Origin: an uncultured Rivularia sp. | GTDB taxonomy: Bacteria > Cyanobacteriota > Cyanobacteriia > Cyanobacteriales > Nostocaceae | Reading direction: 5' to 3' | NCBI GenBank assembly: GCA_963665115.1 | Contig: OY762007.1 | Coordinates: forward strand, 2,016,001-2,080,000 | DNA: 64,000 nucleotides | Shown here: piece after piece, positions 33,009 through 43,699 of the stretch | How the letters are laid out: every line of letters begins with the position of its first letter | Position numbering within the stretch: the first letter of the stretch is position 1 | Position numbers and translations under genes: made by a program | The notes under the pieces: generated by a model | Seen by the model: only the letters and a program-made list of their open reading frames with translations | Databases searched by the model: none | Told to the model about the DNA's origin: nothing

Positions 33009-33700
33009 TTGAAAACTCAAGTCAATCTCCATATCGCTCAACAAACACTATTATTTTTCTTCTTAGGAAGAGGTAAACAATTTGAACAAGTTAAATCGAT
33101 AGTTACAGATGAAGAAAGCAGTCGAGATAGTTAAAACACTAAATTCCGATTTTGAAAAACTTTCTAATGCTAATAATTCCTTTGTAGCTAGCTGTCTGCA
33201 AGGCAAAATAATTGGCAATATGGTCAGTAATTTGCTTCGTCAATACCCTCAAGGTACCGTTGTAGGAATGGGTGGTGGTTTGAATATTCGTTTTAAGCAC
33301 TTGGATAACGGTAAAGTGCCCTGTTTAGAATTGAATTTACTTGACGAAACTCAGTTCAAACAAGACTTTATCGCTGCTTCGGTGGTAAAAAATGATTGGA
33401 TTGAGGTTGTAAAAGAAACAAGCACCACATTCTATATATTCATAGCGGAATTGCGGATGTATCTAAGCAGACAGCAAGTTAAACAACTCTTTGATAAGCT
33501 TATTGAGAATTTTTCTGATTCATTATTTGCATTTGATTCTGTCTTGTCACTGATAGTGAAGAGCCAACACAGAATCAAATATATGTCAGCAAATTTTGAC
33601 TACCAGTATTTCAAAGATTTGTGAGATTCAACATTGAAACTCCGGTTGTCGGGTGATGAAATTATTACCTTCGCAAATTTTGAAGTTAAATTTCGGTTGC
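33009..33700 (+). pseudogene. Degenerate class I SAM methyltransferase (LCM/TcmP-like)
   Basis: QTLL..LLGR fragment upstream in another frame, decayed VGMGGGLNIRF..LDNG and FIAE..MYL motifs, apparent deletions; ends approximate. Confidence 0.6.
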
Positions 33701-33807
33701 CTTTGTCTTTAACTTTGATAAATCGTTTGCTCTGCAAGTATTTTTCACCCCTCATTATGTCAAATCGCTTAAACCACAATTACTAACTGCTCGCAAAGGA
33801 ATAAATA

Positions 33808-34908
33808 ATGTTTCATTTTGGCATCGAACATGAGGTTGCTTTCATTGATAGTGCTGGAAAATTTGCTGATTTTTCTCGTGTAAAATTTGCTGATTTTAAC
33901 CAAATAGTCGAAAAGTTACCCGTCTATAAAAATGATTATCCCGAATTACGAATTGGAGACGCTGGGATTAAACAGAAGCGCTGGTATATAGAGGGTTTTG
34001 AACGTTTCGCGGATTCTGAAAAAGTTATCGAATGCGTACCCAAAGGAATCGAAATTAGGACAACTATAAATCCAGATATTCATAGTGCGATCGCTGAGTT
34101 ATCTGAAAGTTTCCGTTTGCTCAGAGAAACGGCAGCGGAATATGGTTTTTCACCAGCATTAATCAGCTTTAATCCTTACTACGATGCATTCGCACCCAAT
34201 CCACCTTTAAATGAGTATGAAACTAAACGAAGACAGGCTTCTCCTGAGAAGCAAACTGCCAATATTCCCATGCTTACTTATGGCCCAGATTTGAATATTT
34301 CTATGGTGGGGTTAACTACCGAACGTATTATTGATATTGGTAAAAAGTTGACTTATTACAGTCCTTATATTATTCCTTTTAGTTACAGTTCTCCCTTTTA
34401 TCAAGGTAGTTTATGGGAAGGCTTTTCTGTCAGAACTTTTGTGAGAACTGGAAGAAGACCTGCGGCAATGGTATTTTTAGAGAAGCAAGAAGAACTAATA
34501 AAAAGTATTCCATCCCTAACAAAAATTGCTCGCATTCCCGCAGAAATTGGTCGAATTGAATTTAAAGCTTTTGATAGCTGTAGCGATTTTTCTATCTATG
34601 CTGCTTTGTTAGCTTTATTAAAAGGTATTGTGTTAGACGAATCGTTACCTGATAGAGCAATCGTACCCGATGCTAAAAAGCACCAAGTTTCCGCAAAAGA
34701 AGGGTTTGATAACGAAGAAATTTTTACAAATGCAAAACATATTCTGCAAGCAGTAGAAACTGCATTAGAAAATGACCCCGATGTTAATTTACTCGCACCA
34801 CTAAAAACTTTTCTAGAAAAGCGAGAAACACCAGCCCACGAACTGATCGGACTGTACAAAGATACTAATTCGATAGAAGCAACGCTGAAACAAACTTACA
34901 TTAATTAG
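33808..34908 (+). CDS. Glutamate--cysteine ligase (GCS2)-like protein
   Basis: FGIEHE, IEIRT, SSPFY.G, RIEFKAFD. Confidence 0.75.
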   Translation: MFHFGIEHEVAFIDSAGKFADFSRVKFADFNQIVEKLPVYKNDYPELRIGDAGIKQKRWYIEGFERFADSEKVIECVPKGIEIRTTINPDIHSAIAELSESFRLLRETAAEYGFSPALISFNPYYDAFAPNPPLNEYETKRRQASPEKQTANIPMLTYGPDLNISMVGLTTERIIDIGKKLTYYSPYIIPFSYSSPFYQGSLWEGFSVRTFVRTGRRPAAMVFLEKQEELIKSIPSLTKIARIPAEIGRIEFKAFDSCSDFSIYAALLALLKGIVLDESLPDRAIVPDAKKHQVSAKEGFDNEEIFTNAKHILQAVETALENDPDVNLLAPLKTFLEKRETPAHELIGLYKDTNSIEATLKQTYIN

Positions 34909-35029
34909 AAGTTATTCCTTAACCATTACTAGGTTAAAAATTGGTTAAAGCTGAAAGGATAAGGGAAAGAAAGACATAAAGACGATTCTTACCTTTATCC
35001 TATAGCCCTTTTTTCAGATCCGAGTAAAG

Positions 35030-35212
35030 CTAATTAAGCTTAAATTCTTCCTGCTTTCTTGCTTGAACTTCCTGCCAAACATCTTCCCAACGTTCGCTAA
35101 TTAAATCTTGGAGTTTAGCTAAATACTCCTCGGATTGATAATTATCTTCTTCATCCTTTGATTTACTGTCAGTAAATAACAAGGAGGGTATAGTGGATGA
35201 TACTTTAATCAT
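35030..35212 (-). CDS. 60-aa hypothetical protein behind an NtcA-type promoter
   Basis: ATG ORF with helical C-terminus; promoter motif just upstream. Confidence 0.55.
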   Translation of the reverse strand: MIKVSSTIPSLLFTDSKSKDEEDNYQSEEYLAKLQDLISERWEDVWQEVQARKQEEFKLN

Positions 35213-35243
35213 GATAAATTTGACGACTTCAAGGACTATTGCA

Positions 35244-35285
35244 ATCTTATAGCAATAACAATGGGATGTTGTATGCTGCTTTACA
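35244..35285 (-). promoter_or_regulatory. NtcA-activated (class II) promoter
   Basis: TGTA-N8-TACA at 35270-35285, then N21 and TAAGAT (TAN3T) on the minus strand. Confidence 0.6.
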
Positions 35286-35659
35286 AAAGATGATAGTAAA
35301 CTATATTTAGATATACATCAGTTCTCAGAAATTGTAAGTACTTTCAAAACAATTTTTAAAAATAAATTGGTAATTTTTGTATTGAAAGTCAGGAGATGTA
35401 AACATATTTACGCGGGTAACTTAAGTATTTTGTAGTTGATGATACAAAAGGCAGTTATTTAAATCTTTTGTAAACTAAATAATAATTTTCTGCGCTACTA
35501 CTGTTAGAGCCTGTTGGGAGAAGTCACAAAGTTTACTTCTAAATTCTCGTTAAATCTCTTTATTAGTCATTAAGAATCGGCAAAATAGGACGGCGAATGG
35601 GGAAGATTAAGAAAAAGTCCCATAATAAATAAACTATGTAAATTCGGAAACACACAGTT

Positions 35660-36457
35660 CTACTTATCTAGTAGAAAAGATAAGGGATTGCTCATATTCC
35701 GAGCAAAACCGAGAATACCTCGATCGCGATGCTCGTAAATTAAGTTACCTCCAGAATCAAACAAAAAAGTTCCTCCTCGTTGTGTCAAATAAGCCGAGTC
35801 GGGAACGTAAGTATTCCAATTGCTCAAAACCTCAGTCATATTTCGTAAACGTAAAGTTGCAAGTTCAAAAGGACGCTGAAAACCCTTTCCCCCAGCTAGT
35901 TTAAAAAACGAACCTTTGATATCTGGTAGAGGTGTGTCGCCAACAACTTCTTCATCACCAATTAACTGAGGTGCATTTTTATCTCCTTTGTAACCCCTAA
36001 AAACTTCCGCCAAAGTTCCACGGCTGCCAATCCCAGCACACATCAACATCAAATTGAGCCAAGCCTTTTGTGAGGTTGATAGCAAAGGGAAGTTTATATT
36101 TAAACCGCGATAAAGTTCTAAATCTTTGTGAATTTCAGCTTGCGAATCTACGAATAACCATTCCTGGGGGAATTGGGTGTAGTTACAGAATTTCATACCG
36201 GAGTTGCGATCGCCAATTCCAATAGCGCGGATGGTGATTCCTCTTGCTTCGAGCTTTTCTTTTTCTCTTTGCAGCCACCAAGCATATTCTAAATTATCAA
36301 AATCACCCAACTGCGACCAAATCAGCACGAGCAACTGAGAAGCATTCGAGCAGCCATCTAAAACAGGTTTAATCTCTCCATCGCTGACTCGTAAACGGTT
36401 AGCTGTAGATAGAATCGAGTAAACATCTGGGGAATTGGAGCGTGTTTGGGTATTCAT
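35660..36457 (-). CDS. Peroxiredoxin-like (AhpC/TSA-2 type) protein
   Basis: SQLGDFDNLEYA, QRPFELATLRL, TQRGGTFLF. Confidence 0.8.
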   Translation of the reverse strand: MNTQTRSNSPDVYSILSTANRLRVSDGEIKPVLDGCSNASQLLVLIWSQLGDFDNLEYAWWLQREKEKLEARGITIRAIGIGDRNSGMKFCNYTQFPQEWLFVDSQAEIHKDLELYRGLNINFPLLSTSQKAWLNLMLMCAGIGSRGTLAEVFRGYKGDKNAPQLIGDEEVVGDTPLPDIKGSFFKLAGGKGFQRPFELATLRLRNMTEVLSNWNTYVPDSAYLTQRGGTFLFDSGGNLIYEHRDRGILGFARNMSNPLSFLLDK

Positions 36458-37140
36458 CAGGTGTCAGTAATTGTCTTCAGATATTATTTTAAGAATTTCA
36501 CCTTTATTTAATAAAAAACATTTTTAATCAATTTCACAATTTACTATTGCTTATTTAAACAGGTACAAATTAATTCAATTAGATTGTTAAAGTTCGATAG
36601 CTTAATCAATAATTTTTACAAATCCCATGCGTACAAAATCATGCAATTTACGAACTTTTTGATTTTGCTCGTGGTTGAGAGGTTTGTCAGATAACATTAC
36701 TTCGCATAACCAATTTTGGTCGTGTCTAGTAATTCTACCGCTTTCAAACATTCTTTCAATATTATTTTCCATGATAAAACTCTATGTAATAATGATAAGA
36801 TATTTATTTTTTGTTATTGACTTTATAACTCCTTTAAGTATGACAAGGTTAATTAAAAATCGTAAATATCAAAAGTTCATAAAAGTTGATACATTATATT
36901 CATCCTTTAGTGATAGTTCCTTGAACCTAAAGATTAACAGCGTAGAAGCACGGTATTATATACAGCGTCTTTATCAGCTATTTGATTGCGATAAACCAAC
37001 TCTTGGGAAATACAGATTTACTCCTATGAGATAATTAAAGTTAGGATGAAATCTTCCTACTAGGGGAGCGATATATCGTCTACTTGTACAGATTGTCAAA
37101 CTATATCCTCCGTTAGTTAGAAGTATTCTTTACTTTCCCC

Positions 37141-38152
37141 TTATTTGAGATATTCAACTGGCTGTCTTCTTCCGATGGCAATAGAAGCCACAACAATTAC
37201 CGCAGTACAAACCATTAAAAAAGTGATCTTTTCACGTAAAAATAAAGCAGATAATAAAATGCTCAAAAATGGCTGTAGTAACTGCACTTGACTAACTCTT
37301 GCAATTCCACCTATAGCTAATCCACGATACCAAGCGAAGAAAGAAAGCAGCATACTGATAATACTTACATAGCCAAACCCTAACCATGCACTCAGAGAAG
37401 CACTAATACCTGTTTGTAAAACAACTGAAGCTACAGGAATAATTAATATTGGTACAGAAAACACCAAAGCCCAACAAATAACCTGCCATCCTCCAAGGAT
37501 TTTAGCTAACTTCCCTCCTTCAGCATAGCCAAAGGCAGCTGCAATAACAGCCAGCATTAAAACGATATCGGCAAACTTAATACTTCCATTACCTTCAATC
37601 AATGCAAAGCCAACAATCGTCATACTTCCAAAAAAACTTGCTAAGTACTCGTGCAAAATTAATTTAACATTCTGAAAACTTCAAGTCCCTGCGATTGCTT
37701 CGTTCCTCGCAATGACAATACACAATTAATTTTGCGTAGGTACTTATCCAAAAGCCTATAGATGGTTTTTCACCCATACGTAATGCAGCCACTATTGCAG
37801 TCGCTAAAGGTAAAATACCTGTAACAATTGCTCCATGAGAAGCAGGTAATTGCTGCATAGCCCATGCTGATAACAACGGAAATCCGATAATTACCCCTCC
37901 TACAATAATTCCCAAATTTCCCCAGTATTGGGAATGTGGTATTGGCTGCCGAGTTAACCGTAAAAGCACTATTGCAAAAGCCGCAGCAACAAGCGCTCGT
38001 CCTAAACCAACAAAAGTAGGGTCAAAATTTGTTACAGCGATTCGCGTGGCTGGTAAGGTTCCACTAAATCCGAGAACACCAAGAAAACCATATATTAATC
38101 CAGTAGTTTCATTATTATTTGTTTCGTTTATTTTTGTGATGCTTTTACCCAT
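37141..38152 (-). pseudogene. EamA/DMT transporter disrupted by a MITE
   Basis: FSGTLPATR, GYAEGG.L, RVSQVQLLQP; removing 103 bp restores GFW-I-ASFF. Confidence 0.88.
37644..37744. mobile_element. 101-bp MITE with TA target duplication
   Basis: TA|AGTACTCGTGCAAAATTAAT...ATTAATTTTGCGTAGGTACT|TA imperfect 20-bp TIRs. Confidence 0.88.
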
Positions 38153-38215
38153 TGTGCTGTTAATCAATCAACTTGGAATTAATTTCACAATCTCTTATGA
38201 TTGATTCTTTGAAAA

Positions 38216-38293
38216 GGTACAAATAGATTAAGTTTGACTAGTACAGTTATGAGATTCTACGATTGTACTAGTTAAAAAGCTGAGAATTGTACC
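38216..38293. promoter_or_regulatory. Putative MocR operator (four GTACA boxes)
   Basis: GTACA at 38217 and 38241, TGTAC at 38264 and 38288, all symmetric about 38254.5. Confidence 0.65.
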
Positions 38294-38350
38294 GTGTATC
38301 GTCGTAAAAAATCGCATATATTGCAGATAGCGATTTATAAATACTGAGCC

Positions 38351-39841
38351 GTGAAGATTCCTTTAGATAGACGATCGCGCAAACCGATATATTTACAAAT
38401 TAAAGATAGAATCAATCGGTTAATTAAAACTGGAGCATTACAACCGGAAGAACGTTTACCTTCAATTCGTTCTTTAGCAGAGAATTTACAAGTCAATAAA
38501 TTAACAATTCTGGAAGCTTATAGCATTTTAGAAGCAGATGGAATAATTTTTGCCCGTCAAGGTTCTGGATATTTTGTCAACAAGCAAAACATTAATTTTA
38601 ATAATTCTACTAATATAAAATCAACTTTTGCACCAGCACAAAATGTGATTATTTCAGAAAGCACAGAAAATTCTTTTTTTGATATTCATATGAGTGCTGT
38701 ACAAGCACAAGCCAAAGAAGGTACGATTAATTTTAGCTACGGTTTACCTCGTCCTCCTCAAGACATGGCATTAATTGGTAGACGTACAATTACCAATACT
38801 GTTGATAGTTTATTTGCTTACGATATACCTCACGGACAAACTATTTTACGCAGACAAGTTGCTCAACTATTGGTACAACAGGGCTTAGAAGTAACACCAG
38901 AAAATTTAATTATTACTAACGGGTGCCAGCAAGCTTTATCATTAACAATGCAATATTTTTTGCAAAAAGATGATTGGGTAATTGTAGAAACACCAACTTA
39001 TCACGGTGCGATCGCCATTTTAGAAAATATCGGAGCCAGAATCATTGGCATTCCTATGAATGCTGAGGGAATGAACCTGGAATTATTAGAAAAATACCTT
39101 AAAAGCCATCGTCCAAAGTTAATTTACACCATCAGCACTCAACATAATCCTACAGGAATTGCCACTTCACAAGCTCATCGACAACAACTTCTACAGTTAG
39201 CCGAAAAATACCAATGTCCAATCTTAGAAGATAACGCTTATGAAGGATTAAATTTTGAACCAGTACCACCACCAATCAAAGCTTTAGATAAACAAGATTT
39301 AGTAATTTACACAGGTACTTTTTCTAAAACATTGATTCCCGGTTTGCGAGTTGGTTATATGGTAGTGACGGGAAAACATTATCAACCCTTAGTTGAAAGT
39401 AAATTGATGCATGACGTTCATACATCCACAGTTTCTCAAGCAATAGTCAGCGAATATCTTGCTTCCGGACATTATCGTCGTCACCGCAAAAGGTTGCAAA
39501 CCGAAAACCTCTGTAGTCGTAATATAATGTTGCAAGCCATAGAAAATTATTTTCCTCAAGAAGCTAAATGGACGGTTCCCAATGGTGGATTATTTTTGTG
39601 GGTGCAATTACCACTAAATATGAATATTTCCGAAATCCGTAAACAAGCTATACAAGAAAACGTTTTATTCGCTTCTGGTTCCGCATTTTTCCCAAATGAA
39701 CAAGGTTATCCAGCAATGAGATTGAGTTTTTCTAACACCTCAGAATCAGAAATTGATTTGGGAATATCTATTTTAGGTAAACTAATTAAAAAGCATTTCT
39801 CCGCGAAACTCTGCGCTAACCTCGGCGAAACTTTGCGTTAA
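38351..39841 (+). CDS. MocR/GabR-family regulator (GntR HTH plus PLP aminotransferase domain)
   Basis: LPSIRSLA, RQGSGYFV, HNPTG, EDNAY, GTFSKTLIPGLRVG. Confidence 0.94.
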   Translation: MKIPLDRRSRKPIYLQIKDRINRLIKTGALQPEERLPSIRSLAENLQVNKLTILEAYSILEADGIIFARQGSGYFVNKQNINFNNSTNIKSTFAPAQNVIISESTENSFFDIHMSAVQAQAKEGTINFSYGLPRPPQDMALIGRRTITNTVDSLFAYDIPHGQTILRRQVAQLLVQQGLEVTPENLIITNGCQQALSLTMQYFLQKDDWVIVETPTYHGAIAILENIGARIIGIPMNAEGMNLELLEKYLKSHRPKLIYTISTQHNPTGIATSQAHRQQLLQLAEKYQCPILEDNAYEGLNFEPVPPPIKALDKQDLVIYTGTFSKTLIPGLRVGYMVVTGKHYQPLVESKLMHDVHTSTVSQAIVSEYLASGHYRRHRKRLQTENLCSRNIMLQAIENYFPQEAKWTVPNGGLFLWVQLPLNMNISEIRKQAIQENVLFASGSAFFPNEQGYPAMRLSFSNTSESEIDLGISILGKLIKKHFSAKLCANLGETLR

Positions 39842-39866
39842 ATATAAATCCTTTCCTTATAAAAAC

Positions 39867-40664
39867 ATGAAACAAACCATCATCCAAGTTGACGCATTTA
39901 CCAACAAACCTTTTTCCGGAAATCCCGCTGCTGTTTGCGTTTTAGATTCTCCTAAAGATGACGAATGGATGCAAAATGTAGCAAAGGAAATGAATTTATC
40001 CGAAACCGCATTTTTAGTCAAACAAGAAGATGGTTACAGCTTACGGTGGTTCACTCCAGCAACCGAAGTACCATTGTGCGGGCACGCTACTCTTGCAAGT
40101 TCTCACGTTTTATGGTCGGAAAATCATCTTTCATCCAATGAATCGGCGCGTTTTCACACCAAAAGCGGTTTATTAATTGCTAAAAAACAAGAAGATTGGA
40201 TTGAGTTGGATTTCCCTGCGAATCTTTCTGAAGATATTTCCACACCTCCAGAAATTAGCGAAGCTTTGGGAATACCTGTTAAAAAAGTAATGAAGAATTC
40301 TCTGGGTTATTTAGTAGAAGTGGAATCGGAAGATTTAGTGAGAAAAGTAGAGCCAAATTTGACACTTTTAACAAAGCTGTTTCCAGAAGTTATTGTTACT
40401 AGTATCGCTGAAAATAACTCGGAATATGACTTCGTATCGCGCTTCTTTTGTCCTGGTTTAGGTATTAATGAAGACCCCGTAACTGGTGCTGCACATTGCT
40501 GTCTCGCACCTTATTGGAGAAATAAATTAAATAAAGACGAATTTTTAGCTTATCAAGCATCAAGTCGTGGTGGTGTAGTAAAAGTCAAATATCCCGGTGA
40601 AGATAGAGTTTATTTGAGAGGACAAGCTGTTACAGTTTTACGAGGGGAAATAATAAGTTTGTAG
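39867..40664 (+). CDS. PhzF-family epimerase/isomerase
   Basis: VDAF..GNPAAV, NLSETAF, EVPLCGHATL, EDPVTGAAH. Confidence 0.94.
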   Translation: MKQTIIQVDAFTNKPFSGNPAAVCVLDSPKDDEWMQNVAKEMNLSETAFLVKQEDGYSLRWFTPATEVPLCGHATLASSHVLWSENHLSSNESARFHTKSGLLIAKKQEDWIELDFPANLSEDISTPPEISEALGIPVKKVMKNSLGYLVEVESEDLVRKVEPNLTLLTKLFPEVIVTSIAENNSEYDFVSRFFCPGLGINEDPVTGAAHCCLAPYWRNKLNKDEFLAYQASSRGGVVKVKYPGEDRVYLRGQAVTVLRGEIISL

Positions 40665-41274
40665 TTGCTTAAAATAAAGTTAATTGTTTAGGAATATCTT
40701 TTTTAGGTAAAGCATTGCAAAATCCTAACTCTAGATATTCTTTAACATTTATAAATATTTTATCTGCTAATATTTTTGCTAGCATTACAGGAACGGCATT
40801 TCCGATCATTTTATAGGCATCACCAATATACTTATACTTGAAAATAAAATTATCTGGAAAAGTTTGAATTCTGGCACATTCTCTAACAGACAATCTTCTA
40901 TATGATTGAGGCGATTTTTCATCGAACTTCCATTTATCTTTGTCGATCAAAATCATTTTATTTGCTTGTGGATGTAGAGGAGTGTGTCTAGCACCTGCTT
41001 GTATTGTAAAAGATGGTTCGTTCCAACTTCTTACTCTATTTCTAGACATATAAATACTGGAAAAGCTACCTTCTTTATATTCGTGATTTGGTATTACAGT
41101 ATTGCATTGATTAATTTTAGAATATATTGCAATAGCATCAATATCTTTAATATCGTAAATAGCATTTTCAAGAGTTAATTTATTCTCGATCGCATGGGGA
41201 AATTCAAATGTTCCACCGATCTCTTTTCGATAACCAATAATAATTACTCTTTTTCTATCTTGAGGAACTTGATA

Positions 41275-42446
41275 AGTAGGTGGGTGAGGAAATTGATAAG
41301 TATGTAACGAAAAATTAAGGACTAGCTTTAGAATGAAATTTGACACGTTTTGTACTGTAGTTTCCTCTTTCTCCCCTAGTCTCAACTCCATCAATTACGG
41401 CATAAGCAAGGTCTAATTCATCATCAAACATTCGTCCCGATATTTCGTTCTTTTTAAGATGTTGCCATTCCAATTCGATTGGGTTCATTTCTGAGCAATA
41501 CTTAGGTAAAAAGAAGATATACAAACCCATCTGCTCCCACTTTGACCATAACTGCTGGACTTCTTTACATCGATGTATAGGGCTGTTATCCTGCACTATT
41601 ACTCTAGTACGTCCACTCTTGAAGGCATCGGCAGCTTCTTGATCCATCATATGAATGTAAGATTTGCGATTAACACCCCCAATAACTAAACCGTAAACAA
41701 AGCTTATTAAGGGTTGAAAAAAACCGATAATACTTAACCTTCGACCACGCCGTTTGCTTTGTTCTAGACGTTTTTGCTCACCTTGAAAGTAATATGTGTA
41801 GCTAGGTTCACTCCACATACAAAACCCAGATTCATCAAGGTATTTCAAATCTATCTCTCCAGTCGCAGCAGCCATTTCTAACATATCTAGGTCTGCTTGT
41901 TTACTCAATCTTACTTGTGGGTCTTGTTTTCCTTTATGGCTCTTCCTGGTTCGTTTCCAAGTGACCCCCTTTTTTTGAGTACCCGTCTTAATCTGTCAGG
42001 ACTCAATTGAACTTGGCGATCGCTATATAATTTTTGAGCAAGTTGACGACTATTGTACGTTCGCGGCTCTTTTTCAAGGCACTCTTCTAGAAAAACTATG
42101 TCTTCTTCCTTCCATTTCGGTTTTCCTCCTCTACCCGGCTTATCCCAAAGTCCAGAATAGTTTAGTTTCTGCCATTTATGTAAAACATCCCTTACCGTTT
42201 GTGAAGTCCAGTTAAAATGACCAGCTATTTTTTCTACGTACCAGCCATGTGCGTTTAATCTGATAACTTCTGCTCGGTCTTTGACTTTCTGTGGCACATC
42301 ACAATTTCTAAGCTTTAATAAGGTTTGGTCTTCTTGCTTAGTGAGAAAAATCCTTAAACGAGCGCCCATAATTCAGTCCAAAATGTAGATGCATTTCCCG
42401 TATTTACTTATCTTCACATAGTTTGGTTTATTTGTGCCCACCTACT
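41275..42446 (-). mobile_element. IS630-family insertion sequence, 1172 bp
   Basis: TIR AGTAGGTGGG/CCCACCTACT; TA duplicated at 41273-41274 and 42447-42448. Confidence 0.93.
41315..42369 (-). CDS. IS630 transposase, two ORFs joined by a probable -1 frameshift
   Basis: HTH ORF plus DDE ORF (LDESGF, QDN, NPIE); slippery A7-G5 at 41965-41976 gives KKGVTWKRTR. Confidence 0.9.
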
Positions 42447-42901
42447 TAATCCGCAGCATTGACTAATTTATAACTTACTTCGTATCCAGCATTCTTAAAA
42501 TGAGCCAAAATATTTCTAAACGCTTCATCGTGTTTTTTCGCTAAAATTCCACCGACATTTTCAGCTAGAAAAAATAAAGGCTTTTTTTGTCTCAGAATTC
42601 TAATATAATCAAAAAATAATTGACCTCTACTATCATCAATACCTCTTTGCACTCCTGCTTTACTCCAACTTTGGCAAGGTGGACCACCTATAATACCAAC
42701 ACAGTCGGGAATATCATCGGGAATTATTTTTCTGATATCTCTTTTGTCTAATTGAGTATTAGGATGATTAAATTCGTAAGTATCCCATATAGATTTATCA
42801 TATTCATTCGCCCAAACAATATTAAATCCAGCTTGGTGAAAGCCTAAATCTAATCCTCCACAACCTGAGAATAGAGAGACAATATTCATATGATTTAAAA
42901 T

Positions 42902-43471
42902 CTAAATAGTTTTTAAAATATCATAAATTCCCTGATAAACTTCTGATAATTCCTCATCAGTAATACAATAAGGCGGCATTAGATAAAGTACATTTCCCAA
43001 AGGACGTAAAAGTAAACCTTTCTCTAAAGATTTTTCTCGAATTTGCAAACCAACTTTATTCAAATACCCGGACTTTTGAGTATTTACAATATCCATCGCG
43101 GCAATTGTACCCGTTACCCGTAACTTTTCAACTTTGGAATTCCCTTGTAATTTTTTCAGATATTTTAAATGTTTGTCTTCCATAGTGCTAAAAACAGGTT
43201 GATTTTCTACCATCAACTCTAAAGAAGCTAAAGCAGCAGCACATCCTAAAGGATTTGCAGTGTAACTATGACCGTGATATAAGGTTTTTATGGGGTCATC
43301 GCTGTAAAAAGTATCGTAAATTTTCTCCGAACATACTGTTACCGATAAAGGCAAAAATCCTCCAGTAATCCCCTTTGATAAACAAGTAATATCCGGTGTA
43401 ACTTGACTTTTAAGGCTAGGAAACCATTCCCCTGTTCTACCAAATCCAGTCATCACTTCATCAAAAATCAA
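42902..43471 (-). pseudogene. bioA: 3' half of DAPA aminotransferase
   Basis: IFDEVMTGFGRTG, SKGITGG, HGHSYTANPLGC, LRPLGNVLYLMPPY; N-terminal half absent. Confidence 0.85.
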
Positions 43472-43496
43472 CTAGGTGGGTGATTTTTGATAAAAC

Positions 43497-43664
43497 CTGG
43501 CGATTCAATATCTCCTTCGGAGACGCTTCGCTAACGCGGCTACACAGGCAAAACCCACCTGCGTGGGTTCAAAAAGAAAAATATAATGTATGTTATCGAA
43601 TTTTGAATCAATTTTAGTCCGCGCAGGCGGACTTCGTTTGTGTAGCAGCGGTTTCAACCGCCAG
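43497..43664. repeat. Inverted REP pair upstream of the Y1 transposase
   Basis: AACCCACCTGCGTGGGTT and AGTCCGCGCAGGCGGACT palindromes, each linked to GTAGC plus a second hairpin, in opposite orientations. Confidence 0.85.
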
Positions 43665-43699
43665 ATTTTTTAATTACCAATTTCAAAAACATTAATAAC

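Larger units (their letters stand above)
40669..42889 (-). pseudogene. dcm: C5-cytosine DNA methyltransferase (HaeIII-like, probably GGCC) split by IS630
   Basis: LFSGCGG, GGPPCQ, ENV, Q.RKR, MSRNRVR.WNEP.FT.QA, IGNAVP; excision restores NAADYQVPQDRKR. Confidence 0.9.

Noticed and set aside
36675..37034. 119-aa ORF
   Set aside because: TTG start, AT-rich and no recognisable motif; a shorter product from ~36840 cannot be excluded
40669..41394. 241-aa ORF as an independent gene
   Set aside because: It is a chimera: IS630 end read into the 3' half of the methylase
40669..43471. Functional restriction-modification system
   Set aside because: Methylase is interrupted and no endonuclease ORF is adjacent
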